A stretch of 64,000 bases of DNA from Candidatus Acetothermia bacterium. Lineage in GTDB: Bacteria; Bipolaricaulota; Bipolaricaulia; RBG-16-55-9; JANLFV01. Below, piece after piece: positions 8,250 to 17,361 of this stretch (its first letter is position 1; the number at the start of each line of letters is the position of its first letter). The position numbers and the translations under genes were made by a program. The DNA is taken from positions 790 to 64,789 of the forward strand of contig JANLFV010000005.1 of assembly GCA_024653345.1 (NCBI GenBank), given 5' to 3'. The notes under the pieces are model-generated. The model did no database searches. It saw nothing but the letters and a program-made list of their open reading frames with translations, and was not told the DNA's origin.

Positions 8250-10021
8250 CCTTTCCTCCTCGCAATCCGCCAGCTCGGCCGCTCATGCCGGATCGATTCT
8301 AGCACCAGCGCGAGCAGCCCCCCGAGCGCCAGATACTCCCAGAGCGGCCGGAGCGCGCTCCGCTCGTGGGTGAGCCCCGCGAGGGCGCTCCCGCTCGGGG
8401 CGTCGAGCGGCTCGCCCGGCTCCGACTCCGCCGGTGCTAGGTTGACCGCGAGATAGCTGCTTCCGCGCGGGGAGTCGAGCCGGTAGAGCCCGGGAAGCTC
8501 GGGGATCAGTGCCTCCCCGGCTCGAGAGGTCTTCCCACGGGGATCGGTTACCTCGACCGCCGTCTCGAGCGGCAGGGGCTCCCCGACCTCGTGGTAGGCC
8601 AGGGCTTCGCCCCCGGCCAGTGGCGGGAGGAGCCAGCCGAGCAGGTTCTTCATCAGGATCGGGAAATCGACTGTAAGCACCAGGTTGGACCAGCGGAGGT
8701 CGAAGGCGATGAAGCAGATCCGCTGGGCCTCCAGCCGCTTGAGGTAGATCAAGGGGAGGCCCGCAGCGCTCAGCAGGACCTCGCCGCCGGAGGGCAGGCT
8801 CGCCCGGGCGGCCCTGGCCACGGCCAGCGAGCCGGGCTCGACCCCTGCGAGGAGCGGGTGCGCGGCGGCTCGGGGCGGCGAGCTGATCTCCTCCAGCCCG
8901 AGCAACTGGACGAGCGGGGGATAGGAGGCGTTGACTAAGAGGATATTCCCCTTGAGGTCTGCGGGGACCTCGGCACCGTTGGCGACGATGAGGTCGAACT
9001 CCCCGTCCCCGGGATCGCGGGTGATGGCGAACTCCCCCGCGGCCAGGAGCGCCCCGCGGAGGAAGCGGTCGTCCCTCCCCAGCCAGAGGACGCGCCGCTC
9101 GAGCGGCGGGAAGGCGAAGTATCGCCGATCGTCCCAGGGGAAGTCGTCCCCGGCCTCGAGGGCCGCGGTAGCAGTTCGCGGCAATGGGCCGGGATGGGAG
9201 AGTGCGAGCGCGCGGCCGCTGTGAGCGGCGAGGGCAATCCTCTCGGAGAAGATCGGGGCGCCATCGGCCGAGATCGTGAGGACCGGCTCGGCCGGCTCGT
9301 CGGTGTAGTTCTCCGCCCGGACGAAGACGGAGTAGCCGCTTCCCGGCTCGGGCTCGGGGCGGATGGCGAAGGCGCTCAGGGCCAGGTTCGCGGCCGGCTC
9401 GCCCAGGCCGATTACCTCGAGCGGGAGGCTCTCCCCCGCCCCGCGAACCGGGTGGTCCGTGAGGTAGAAGATCCGGCTGAAGTCGGCGAGCGGCCCCTGG
9501 CTCTGGAGGAGTTGCCAGATCTGCTCGAGCGAGGCGTCCCCTTCGAGGGTCGGACGAGAGGAGCCGAGGGCCTCCCGAGCACGGCGCTTCTCCTGAGTGA
9601 GCGGCACGAGCAGCCTCGGCCGCCGCTGGGCCTGGATCAGGGTCAGCTCCCCCGCGGCTGAGTCGAGCAGCTCGAGCGCCCGCTCGACCGCTAGCTCGTA
9701 GCGGCTCACCCCCCCGCGGGAGACCTGCATGCTCGCGCTCCCGTCGATGATGATCGCCAGCCTTCCCGAGAGCCCCGCGCTGTAGTAGGCGGGGTTGGCG
9801 ATCGCCAGGATCAGGAGCGTGAGGGCCGCGAGCTGGAGGAGGAGGAGCCAGAGGGAGCGGCGGACGAAGAGCAGGGCCCGTCTCCCCCGCGCCTCGATCT
9901 CCTGCCAGAGGAAGAGGGCTGAGACGCGATACGGCTCCGCCCGCCGGCGGAGAAAGTAGGCCACGACCACCACCGCGGCGAGCGCGAAGAGGTAGAGCGC
10001 CCAAGGACTGAGGAAGGTCAT
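8246..10021 (-). CDS. BatA_N + VWA domain protein (BatA-like)
   Basis: N-terminus PWALYLFALAAVVVVAYFLRRRAEPYRVSALFLWQ (BatA_N). VWA motif IIIDGSASMQ. 4-nt overlaps with both neighbours. Confidence 0.8.
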   Translation of the reverse strand: MTFLSPWALYLFALAAVVVVAYFLRRRAEPYRVSALFLWQEIEARGRRALLFVRRSLWLLLLQLAALTLLILAIANPAYYSAGLSGRLAIIIDGSASMQVSRGGVSRYELAVERALELLDSAAGELTLIQAQRRPRLLVPLTQEKRRAREALGSSRPTLEGDASLEQIWQLLQSQGPLADFSRIFYLTDHPVRGAGESLPLEVIGLGEPAANLALSAFAIRPEPEPGSGYSVFVRAENYTDEPAEPVLTISADGAPIFSERIALAAHSGRALALSHPGPLPRTATAALEAGDDFPWDDRRYFAFPPLERRVLWLGRDDRFLRGALLAAGEFAITRDPGDGEFDLIVANGAEVPADLKGNILLVNASYPPLVQLLGLEEISSPPRAAAHPLLAGVEPGSLAVARAARASLPSGGEVLLSAAGLPLIYLKRLEAQRICFIAFDLRWSNLVLTVDFPILMKNLLGWLLPPLAGGEALAYHEVGEPLPLETAVEVTDPRGKTSRAGEALIPELPGLYRLDSPRGSSYLAVNLAPAESEPGEPLDAPSGSALAGLTHERSALRPLWEYLALGGLLALVLESIRHERPSWRIARRKG

Positions 10022-10887
10022 CGCACGACCCTCCTCTCCCCCAGCATCTCGAAGATCGCGCTCTCGAGGGGGGTGGTGACGGGGAGGCGGAGATACTCGA
10101 TCTTATGGGCGAGGCAGAACTGCTCCAGGCTCTGGAGATAGGCCCGGAGCAGCTCCTGATAGGCCCTGATCGCCCGCTCGTCCATCTCCAGCTCGAACGG
10201 CCGCCCTCCCTCCTCGGCGTCCTCGAGCCGGACGGCCCCCTGAGGGCGGGGCTCGAGGTCCTCGCTCGCGAGGAGTTGAAGGATGATCACGGTGAACCGC
10301 CTGTAGAGGAGGTGGGAGAGGCCGCGCTCGTAGCCCTGCGGCGTGAGCATGTCGCTCAACAGGACGAGGAGCCCCGGCTCGCGTCGCTGGGCGGCGAAGC
10401 CCTCGAGCGCCCCGTCCAGGTCGGTCCGGCCGCCCGGCCTCACTCCCTCGAGGTAGCGGAAGAGCTGGAAGATCTGGCGCGGGCCGGAGTGGGGCGGCAG
10501 GCCCCCCTCGACCCTGGAGGCGAAAGGATAGGCCCCGACCCGGTCGAGCTCCTTCAGCCCGAGGTAGCCGAGCGCCGCGGCCAGCCGGAGCCCGTAGAGG
10601 AGCTTCCCGCCGATCTCCATCGAGCTGCTCTTGTCGATCAAGAGGTAGATCGGGAGGTCCTGCTCCCGGGTGAAGACCTTGATCAGCAGCCGGTCGAGGC
10701 GGCCGTAGACCTTCCAGTCAACATAGCGGAAGTCATCGCCGGGCGAGTATTCCTTGTAATCGGTGAACTCCAGGCTCATCCCCGCCCGCGGGGCATGGTG
10801 GGTCCCGCCCGGCCGGCCGCGCGGCTGGGTCTTCACCATGAGCCGGAGCCGCTCCAGCCTCTTCAGGAACTGCTCATCTAAGAGCAT
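10018..10887 (-). CDS. DUF58 family protein (VWA-like, MoxR partner)
   Basis: SLEFTDYKEYSPGDDFRYVDWKVYGRLDRLLIKVF and LLIDKSSSM match the DUF58 consensus. 14-nt overlap with the MoxR stop. Confidence 0.85.
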   Translation of the reverse strand: MLLDEQFLKRLERLRLMVKTQPRGRPGGTHHAPRAGMSLEFTDYKEYSPGDDFRYVDWKVYGRLDRLLIKVFTREQDLPIYLLIDKSSSMEIGGKLLYGLRLAAALGYLGLKELDRVGAYPFASRVEGGLPPHSGPRQIFQLFRYLEGVRPGGRTDLDGALEGFAAQRREPGLLVLLSDMLTPQGYERGLSHLLYRRFTVIILQLLASEDLEPRPQGAVRLEDAEEGGRPFELEMDERAIRAYQELLRAYLQSLEQFCLAHKIEYLRLPVTTPLESAIFEMLGERRVVR

Positions 10888-11869
10888 CGACCTCCACCCT
10901 CCGCAGGACCTCGTCCAGGACCTCTTCCGGGGAGACCCCGGCGGCCTCGCCCTTGAAGCTGAGGATCACCCGGTGATTGAGGCTGGGGGCGAAGACGGCG
11001 CGAATGTCCTCCAGGCCAACATTCACCTCGCCGGCGAGGAAGGCGTGGGCCTTGGCCCCCGCGATCAGGCTGATCCCGCCCCGCGGGCTCGCGCCATACT
11101 CGACATACTCCCGGACCGCGGGCGGCGCGAGCTCGGAGTCGGGATGCGTGGCGTGGACCAGGGCGCTAGCGTAGCGGTAGAGCTGCTCGGGGACGGGGAA
11201 GGCGGCCACGATCTCCCGGGCCGCGAGGACCTCCTCGCGGGAGAGGACCTCCCTCGCAGAGTAAGGGGCGCCGGAGGTGTTCCGAACGATGATCTCCTCC
11301 AGCTCCCCCAGGTCGGGATAGGCGAGCTTGAGCTTGAAGAAGAACCGGTCGACCTGGGCCTCGGGGAGCGGATAGGTCCCCTCCATCTCGATCGGGTTCT
11401 GGGTGGCGAGGACGACGAACGGCTCCTCCAGCTCGTGGGTGTTGTTCCCCACGGTCACGGACCGCTCCTGCATCGCCTCGAGCAGTGCCGACTGGGTCTT
11501 GGGCGTGGCCCGGTTGATCTCGTCCGCGAGGATGAGGTGGGCGAAGAGCGGGCCGCGGGCGAACTCGAAATGGCGCCTCCCGGCCTCGTCCTCCATCAGC
11601 AGCAGCGTCCCCGTGATGTCCGCCGGCATCAGGTCCGGGGTGAACTGGATCCGGGAGAACTCCAGCCCGAGCGCCCGCGCGAGAGTCCTCACTAGGAGGG
11701 TCTTCCCCAGCCCGGGCACCCCCTCGAGCAGGGCATGGCCCTGACAGAGGAGGCAGATCAGCACCCCCTCGATCACCGCGTCGTGGCCGACGATCACCCG
11801 CCCGATCTCCTCGCGGAGCTCCTGGAACATCCTCTGTGTCCGCTGCAGGACTTGCTCGTCGATCATCAT
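10874..11869 (-). CDS. moxR: MoxR-like AAA+ ATPase
   Basis: Walker A GVPGLGKT plus the MoxR hallmarks (PDLMPADITGT, VLATQNP). Real start is ATGATG at 11869 after GGAGGA; the track ORF extends 75 codons further 5'. ATGA overlap with the upstream stop. Confidence 0.9.
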   Translation of the reverse strand: MMIDEQVLQRTQRMFQELREEIGRVIVGHDAVIEGVLICLLCQGHALLEGVPGLGKTLLVRTLARALGLEFSRIQFTPDLMPADITGTLLLMEDEAGRRHFEFARGPLFAHLILADEINRATPKTQSALLEAMQERSVTVGNNTHELEEPFVVLATQNPIEMEGTYPLPEAQVDRFFFKLKLAYPDLGELEEIIVRNTSGAPYSAREVLSREEVLAAREIVAAFPVPEQLYRYASALVHATHPDSELAPPAVREYVEYGASPRGGISLIAGAKAHAFLAGEVNVGLEDIRAVFAPSLNHRVILSFKGEAAGVSPEEVLDEVLRRVEVDALR

Positions 11870-13218
11870 TCCTCCGTGATGATAAGAAAATACTGCTTGA
11901 CCGTCTCCTGGACCTCTTCCGGGACATTCCGCGATTCGAGGATCGCGATCACCCTCTGGAGGTTCAGCCTTAGGGTCGCGGGAGCCTCCGCGCCCCCGGC
12001 CTCGAAGGGCGTCCCTCGGGTGAGCAACTGCTCGACCTCCCCCCATTCGCCCAGCTCGCCGGAGATGTGCAATTCCCTCGTCCCCGAGGGCCAACTGAGC
12101 GGCAAGGGCTCGCCCGCGGGCCAGCTGCCCCGGCTCGTCCCGGCCTCCTCGCCGCCCTCCTGGCTGCCCTCAGTCGGCGGCTCGCCCGACCCCTCTCCCT
12201 CGGGCGAGGCGCCGCTCCCCTCCTCCTCGCCGCGGCTGGCCGATGCCGGCCCCGCGAGCTGAAGGGACCGCTCGAGCTCCTCATCTGCCTTGGCCAGGCT
12301 CTCGGCCAGGGCCTGGGCCGCCGCCAGGTTCTGCTGTGCCTCGGGCCTGCCGAGCTCAGGGAGCCGCTGGAGCAGGTCCTTGAGGAGCCCGCCGGTGAGG
12401 CGGCTCGCCAGGCGGCCCAGCTCGGCCTGAAGCTCGGCTCGCTCCGCCTGCCCCGCCCCCTCCTCCTCGCCCTCGCGCGCCGCCGGCGAGGAGAGGGCCT
12501 GCGAGAGCCGCTCGAGGATCTCCCCTCTGAGGGCCTGATCGGTCGAGGGGCCCCAGAGCTCCTCCTCCAACTGCTCCTGGAGCTCCCGCGCCCGCGCGCC
12601 CCTCTCCTGGAACACCTCCGGTCGGCGCTCGAGCGCGAGTGCGGCCAGCTCTTCCTCCAACTCCGCCGCTTGCTCCTCGAGGGCCGCGAGCTTCCGCTCG
12701 AGGGCCTCCTGTCCCCCCCGCTCGACCGCCCGCTCCTCGGCCGTTGGCCAGGGGGCGATCTCCCTCGGCAGGCCCAGGAGCAGGGTGGCCAAGATCAGGG
12801 CAGTCGGCAGGAGCCAGCTCCTCCTCCGCGCGAGGGGCACGGCCCGCGCCACCTCGAGCCGCGGCGGAAGCCGGGCCGTCAGAAGGGGAATGAACTCCGC
12901 CGGCCCGCGGCCCCGCGCGAGCTCATAGAGCGCGGAGAGCCGCTCATGGAGCCCCAGGCGGCGGTCGGCCTGGAAGAGGGCCCGCGGCAGATCGACCTTC
13001 TGGAGGTAGGACCAGAGGAAGCCCGCGAGGCCCACGAGCAGATTAGCAAAGACGAGCCAGTAAGGCTCGATCGCCCCGACGAGCCCGAGGAGCCGGAGCG
13101 CCTGATAGCCGAGAGTGAGGGAAAGAGTGGCGCTCAAAGAGCGGCCGGCCCCCTCGAGCCCCCGGGCCAGGCGGGCCCGGCGCTCGATGCTCAGGACAAG
13201 CTCTTGGAACCGCTCCAT
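11866..13218 (-). CDS. membrane-anchored coiled-coil protein with acidic Gly/Ser/Glu-rich C-terminal region (MoxR-operon member)
   Basis: ATG 13218 (MERFQEL). Two to three TM helices, then long heptad-like ELEEQ/ALEEL stretches. Translationally coupled to moxR. Confidence 0.55.
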   Translation of the reverse strand: MERFQELVLSIERRARLARGLEGAGRSLSATLSLTLGYQALRLLGLVGAIEPYWLVFANLLVGLAGFLWSYLQKVDLPRALFQADRRLGLHERLSALYELARGRGPAEFIPLLTARLPPRLEVARAVPLARRRSWLLPTALILATLLLGLPREIAPWPTAEERAVERGGQEALERKLAALEEQAAELEEELAALALERRPEVFQERGARARELQEQLEEELWGPSTDQALRGEILERLSQALSSPAAREGEEEGAGQAERAELQAELGRLASRLTGGLLKDLLQRLPELGRPEAQQNLAAAQALAESLAKADEELERSLQLAGPASASRGEEEGSGASPEGEGSGEPPTEGSQEGGEEAGTSRGSWPAGEPLPLSWPSGTRELHISGELGEWGEVEQLLTRGTPFEAGGAEAPATLRLNLQRVIAILESRNVPEEVQETVKQYFLIITEE

Positions 13219-13856
13219 CGCTTGATCCTCCTTCGCGCGAACAGGAGCGAAGCTCCGCCGAGGGCCACCAGCAGCAGCGGCCCCGCAACTGATTCTACCG
13301 GATAGCCGTGGCCCTGCAGCAGGAGCCCGAGGTTGAAGAACGGGCTCCCCGCAGGCCAGAAGAAGGTCCCCCCGAGATAGGCGAGGAAGCCGAGATACTT
13401 GAGCTGGAACTGCGCTGTCTCCGAGGGGAGGGTCGCCAGGAGGAGCCCGAAGGCCGCCCAGGCCCAGCCGTAGGCCGAGAGGTAGGCCGCGCTGGAGATG
13501 ATCGCCGCAGGCCGGGCGTAGGCCCCGGCCTTGAAGATCAGCCAGAAGGGGGCGGTGAGCAGGAGCCCCAGGCCGAGCTGGGAGGAGATGTGGGCCAGGT
13601 ATCGCCCGAAGCGGCCTTGGAATCGGCCCCGCCAGCCCTGCTCTCTCTGGCCGACCTGGAGGGCGAAGATCCCGAAGGCCACCAGCAGCGTCCCGGCGAA
13701 GAAGGGGACGGGCTCCCAGTCCGAGCTGATCAGCTCCCCGATCCGCCGGCTCGGGGGGAGCGTCAGGATCGTGACCGCGCCCAGGAGAGCCGTAAGGCCG
13801 AGATAGAGGGCCCAGTTCAGCCGGTTCACTAAGTAGCCCATCTCTTTGCGCGCCAT
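13191..13856 (-). CDS. polytopic inner-membrane protein (5-6 TM), unknown function
   Basis: 221 aa with repeated hydrophobic helices. Starts 1 nt after the upstream stop. Confidence 0.5.
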   Translation of the reverse strand: MARKEMGYLVNRLNWALYLGLTALLGAVTILTLPPSRRIGELISSDWEPVPFFAGTLLVAFGIFALQVGQREQGWRGRFQGRFGRYLAHISSQLGLGLLLTAPFWLIFKAGAYARPAAIISSAAYLSAYGWAWAAFGLLLATLPSETAQFQLKYLGFLAYLGGTFFWPAGSPFFNLGLLLQGHGYPVESVAGPLLLVALGGASLLFARRRIKRWSGSKSLS

Positions 13857-15551
13857 TCAGGCGTCCTCCTCGATGGCCACGATGCAGGCCGCTTGGCGCT
13901 CCTCCGCCGCGGCCTGAGAGAAGGTCCCCGGCGGGGCGCAACGGCAGAGGAGCGCCCGCTCACCGCGCAGCCCCTCCCTGGCCTTGGCGTAGAGCTGGGC
14001 GCGGACCGGCTCGGTCGGCCAGCGGGCCTCCGGCCCCACCTCGCGCTCCGTTGTCTCGTGAGGCCCGAGATCGCCGAAGAGAAACGCTTTTCCTCCCAGG
14101 AGAACGAGGCAGTCCGAGAGGCTGAGCGGGGTGAGGTTCTTCGCGATCGCCCGTCCTCCGGCGACCCTCAGGCTGGCCAGGTCCCCGCTCATCCTCTCCA
14201 GGTAGAGCGAGCGCGCCTGCCAGGCCTCCATCTTGAACAAGGCCCTCAGCTTGTCCTCCTCCCGGAGGAAGATGAGATCGTAGAGGTGGTCTCCTCGTTC
14301 CTCGGGGAGGGCCTGCTCCAGCTGGCCATCGGCGATCTCCGCTTCCACCTCGAGTTCCGCCCCGGCCTTGGCGAAGAGCCCGAGCCAGGCCGAGTGGACC
14401 GTCGCGCCCCCTAGGTCGTGGAAGAGGTCGAGCTCCAGGCCGAGGAGCGGCTTGGCGAACTCCGGGCGGTCGAGATACCGCGCGGTGAGAACCATCACAC
14501 CCGCGACCCAGAGGAGGACGAGCGGGCTCCAGCGGGGGCGATGCAAGGCGGCCCAGCCGAAGAGGGCCAGCCCGCCGAGGTAGAGCGAATAGATCCCGAT
14601 GAGTGTGAGCTTCGAGGGGAAGGGGAGGCGGAGCTGGCTGAGGAGCTCGCCCGCGAGGCGCGGCGCCTCATGATCGACCGACGCGCCCTTCTCTTCCCCG
14701 CTGAGGGCCTTCCAGAAGGCCTCGTCCACCGGGTCGGTCAGGGGATTGACGGTGGAGAAGAGGACTCGTCCCCGCCCCCGCGCCGCCGCGACGAGAATTG
14801 CTGATCCCTCCTGATAGAGGACTTCACCGCGCGGTTCACCGAGGACGACCGGGCGGCCCTCCCGCTCCCCGAGCCCCGTGGGGGCGAAGGGGATGAGCTC
14901 GCGCAGTGCGGGAGTGTCCTGAAAATACCAGTTGTCACCCCCGAGGACCACCAGCTCGCCGCCCCACTCGATCCAGCGGACGAGCGCCTCCCACTGGGGG
15001 CGGGAGAGCCCGGCCGGGTTGAGCCGAGCGAGGTAGATCCGCCTCACGCCCGCAAGCCCCGGCCACTCGCTCGGCAGGCTCTCGGGCTCGATCTGGAGCG
15101 GCAGCTCGCCCGAGGGGAGGGCGTTGGGAAAGGGGGAGTCCCCCAGGGCCAGGGTGAGCGGCTCCTCGGAGAACCGGCCCTTCAGGCTGATCTCCTGCTC
15201 ATGGACGACCTGGCCGCCGGCGAGGACGGTGATCGAGAGAGGGTAGATATAGCCTCGGACGAGGAAAGTGAGCGAGAACCGCTTCTTTGTCCTGCCCGCC
15301 AGCTCGAAGGGGAGGATCAGCCGCTCCTCAGTCGCCCCCTGCCAAGGGCTCTTCACCTCTTGAGCGATGATGATCTGGCCCTGGAGCGCCGGGCCCCGGC
15401 TCTGCAGTGTGATCCAGATGGGCGTGGGGCAGTCGGGATGGTAATAGCCGTTGAAGCCGAAGTCAGTCTCCACATCCACCTGGGCGGCCAGCGGCGAGCT
15501 CGCGACTAGGCAGATCAAGAGCGCTAACCCCAGAGGTCTCATAAAGGTCAC
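13857..15551 (-). CDS. secreted/membrane protein with signal peptide and two central TM helices (possibly BatD-like)
   Basis: N-terminus MTFMRPLGLALLICLVASSPLAAQ fits a signal peptide. TM pair LTLIGIYSLYLGGLALFGWAAL and LVLLWVAGVMVLTARYL. The BatD-like assignment is a guess. Confidence 0.5.
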   Translation of the reverse strand: MTFMRPLGLALLICLVASSPLAAQVDVETDFGFNGYYHPDCPTPIWITLQSRGPALQGQIIIAQEVKSPWQGATEERLILPFELAGRTKKRFSLTFLVRGYIYPLSITVLAGGQVVHEQEISLKGRFSEEPLTLALGDSPFPNALPSGELPLQIEPESLPSEWPGLAGVRRIYLARLNPAGLSRPQWEALVRWIEWGGELVVLGGDNWYFQDTPALRELIPFAPTGLGEREGRPVVLGEPRGEVLYQEGSAILVAAARGRGRVLFSTVNPLTDPVDEAFWKALSGEEKGASVDHEAPRLAGELLSQLRLPFPSKLTLIGIYSLYLGGLALFGWAALHRPRWSPLVLLWVAGVMVLTARYLDRPEFAKPLLGLELDLFHDLGGATVHSAWLGLFAKAGAELEVEAEIADGQLEQALPEERGDHLYDLIFLREEDKLRALFKMEAWQARSLYLERMSGDLASLRVAGGRAIAKNLTPLSLSDCLVLLGGKAFLFGDLGPHETTEREVGPEARWPTEPVRAQLYAKAREGLRGERALLCRCAPPGTFSQAAAEERQAACIVAIEEDA

Positions 15552-15589
15552 GGAGATGATACCCCCGCCTGACCATCTCTTGACAGCCG

Positions 15590-16363
15590 CTACCAGCGGC
15601 CGCCGGCCCCGCCGCCCCCGGCGTGCCCCCCGCCGAACCCGCCGAAGCCCCGCCCGCCAAAACCCCCGCCGATCCGCCCGCCTCCCCCCGAGCCGGTCCC
15701 CCCGGACCAGAAGATCCAGGGGAAGGGCGAGGGTCGGCCGATGCTCCGCCGGCGGGAGAACAGCCAGTAGAGGATGATGAAGATGATCACGAGCACGATC
15801 AGGGCGCTCTTCAGGTTCGCCCCGGGGCCCTCCCCCAGGCCCTCGCCTGGGGCGAGGCCGGTCAGCTCGACCCCCGCGTCCTGGGCGATGATCGCCGCGA
15901 AGGCCTCTACCCCCCTCCTGATCCCCCCGGAGTAGTCCTCAAGCTTGAAGTAGGGCAGGATGTCCCTGTCGCGGACCTCGCCGACCTTCCCGTCGGGCAG
16001 GATCCCCTCAAGGCCGTAGCCGGTGAAGATGTGCATCGCCCGGTCCTCGGTGGCCGCGACGATCAGCAGCCCGTTGTCCTTCCCCTCCGCCCCGATCTTC
16101 CACCGGTCGAAGACCGCCATCCCGTAGTCGAAGATGTCCAAGGGAGAGGTCGTCTTGACGGTGAGGACCGCGATCTCGGCGGTCGTCTTCTCCTCCAGCT
16201 CCCTCAGGAGGCCATTCAGATACGCTTCGACCGGCTCCTCGATCACCCCGGCGTAGTCCGAGATGTAGTCGATCGGCTCCGGGATGGCGGCTTCCTGGGG
16301 AGAGCCGAGGAGCGGGAGGAAGAGGATGAGCGCTCCGATGATCAGGGCCATTCTGCAGCGCAT
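15590..16363 (-). CDS. TPM-domain (TLP18.3/Psb32/MOLO-1) protein with TM helix and Gly-rich tail
   Basis: Signal peptide, then YISDYAGVIEEPVEAYLNGLLRELEEKTTAEIAVLTV...LLIVAATEDRAMHIFTGYG (TPM signature). C-terminal TM and GGFGGRGFGG repeats. Confidence 0.8.
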   Translation of the reverse strand: MRCRMALIIGALILFLPLLGSPQEAAIPEPIDYISDYAGVIEEPVEAYLNGLLRELEEKTTAEIAVLTVKTTSPLDIFDYGMAVFDRWKIGAEGKDNGLLIVAATEDRAMHIFTGYGLEGILPDGKVGEVRDRDILPYFKLEDYSGGIRRGVEAFAAIIAQDAGVELTGLAPGEGLGEGPGANLKSALIVLVIIFIILYWLFSRRRSIGRPSPFPWIFWSGGTGSGGGGRIGGGFGGRGFGGFGGGHAGGGGAGGRW

Positions 16364-16365
16364 CT

Positions 16366-17211
16366 CTAGCCCTCTCCCCTGAAGAGGTGGTCGGCAGCCC
16401 GGGCGAGCTGGCGGACCTCGAGGAGATAACGCGAGAAGAGCCCGTTCAGCTCCGCGCGCCCGAAGCTGCGCAGCCCGAGCTTCAGTTGATAGGCTTGGCG
16501 GAAGGCGTCCAACTCCAGGCCGAAGGCCGCCTCGACCTGGGCCAGGATCTCGAGGAACTCGCGCGGCGGGATCGGGAAGCCCTTGAGCCGAAGGAGGGTC
16601 GAGAGCACGGCCGCGAAGGGGCTGAGGGAGCCGATGAGGACCCGCCGGAGTTGGCGCGTATCACCAGCGGCCTCGAGATAGGCCCGCCGGAGTTGCAACC
16701 ACTTCCCCTTCAGCTCCTGCTCGCACTGGAGGCGGAGGTTCTCCCGGGGGACCTCCAGCCGCGCGAGGGGGTCCTCCTCGCCCCACAGGAGGCGGTGCTG
16801 CTCCTGCATCTCCAGGAACTCGATGGGGAAGGAGTCCAGCGAGCTTCGGATATACTCCGGATCGAGGAAGAGCGGGCTGAGCCGGCTCTTCTGCCACCTC
16901 CTCATCCACCTGCCGGCCTTGGCCAGCTGAGGGGGCCCGACCTCCCGGAGGACGACCAACAGGTTCAGATCCGAGACTCCGGAGATCCACTCCGGCCCGA
17001 CGGCGCTCCCGTATAAGACTACCGCGAGCAGATCATCGCCGTAGAGGTCCCGGACCTCGCGAACGAAGCCCTCGAGAAGCCCCTGAGTCCGCGGATCGAG
17101 CTCGGCCATCTCAATGAGCTTATACTGAATGGCTTGCGCCCTGTCAAAGGCGGGGAGCGGACGGCTGAGCGTGAGACATGCCTCGTCAACTGCCCTAAGC
17201 GATAGCGACAT
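16366..17211 (-). CDS. Pol-beta-superfamily nucleotidyltransferase domain protein
   Basis: LYGSAVGPEWISGVSDLNLLVVL has the GS...D.D minimal NTase motif. About 150-aa helical C-terminal region of unknown type. First gene of the co-directional block. Confidence 0.65.
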   Translation of the reverse strand: MSLSLRAVDEACLTLSRPLPAFDRAQAIQYKLIEMAELDPRTQGLLEGFVREVRDLYGDDLLAVVLYGSAVGPEWISGVSDLNLLVVLREVGPPQLAKAGRWMRRWQKSRLSPLFLDPEYIRSSLDSFPIEFLEMQEQHRLLWGEEDPLARLEVPRENLRLQCEQELKGKWLQLRRAYLEAAGDTRQLRRVLIGSLSPFAAVLSTLLRLKGFPIPPREFLEILAQVEAAFGLELDAFRQAYQLKLGLRSFGRAELNGLFSRYLLEVRQLARAADHLFRGEG

Positions 17212-17243
17212 AAAAGCGATGGCCGATGCCCCTCGTCCTGCAC

Positions 17244-17272
17244 TTGACTTTCTCCGCAGTTGAGATTATACT
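17244..17272 (+). promoter_or_regulatory. sigma70-like promoter TTGACT-N17-TATACT upstream of the LTD protein gene
   Basis: Near-consensus hexamers with a 17-nt spacer in the 150-nt divergent intergenic region. Confidence 0.4.
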
Positions 17273-17361
17273 CTTGGTCGAGATCAACTAGCCGGAGGTG
17301 ATGGTCGGTAAACCTCTGAGTTGCCCATCCGCGCTATTCCTCTGCTCAGGGACTGATTCGC

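Noticed and set aside
6756-8456. 566-aa plus-strand ORF, and similar long ORFs 8283..10004(-), 10105..10881(+), 10763..11695(+), 12067..13305(+), 27211..28611(-), 35390..36685(-), 43051..43704(+), 52514..53332(-), 59744..60742(-)
   Set aside because: All are antisense to, or in an alternate frame of, genes with clear family motifs (BatA_N/VWA, MoxR, GT26, RibBA, Lpd, TnaA, ProRS). Their translations are Arg/Pro/Gly-rich low-complexity sequence, as expected for shadow ORFs in GC-rich DNA.
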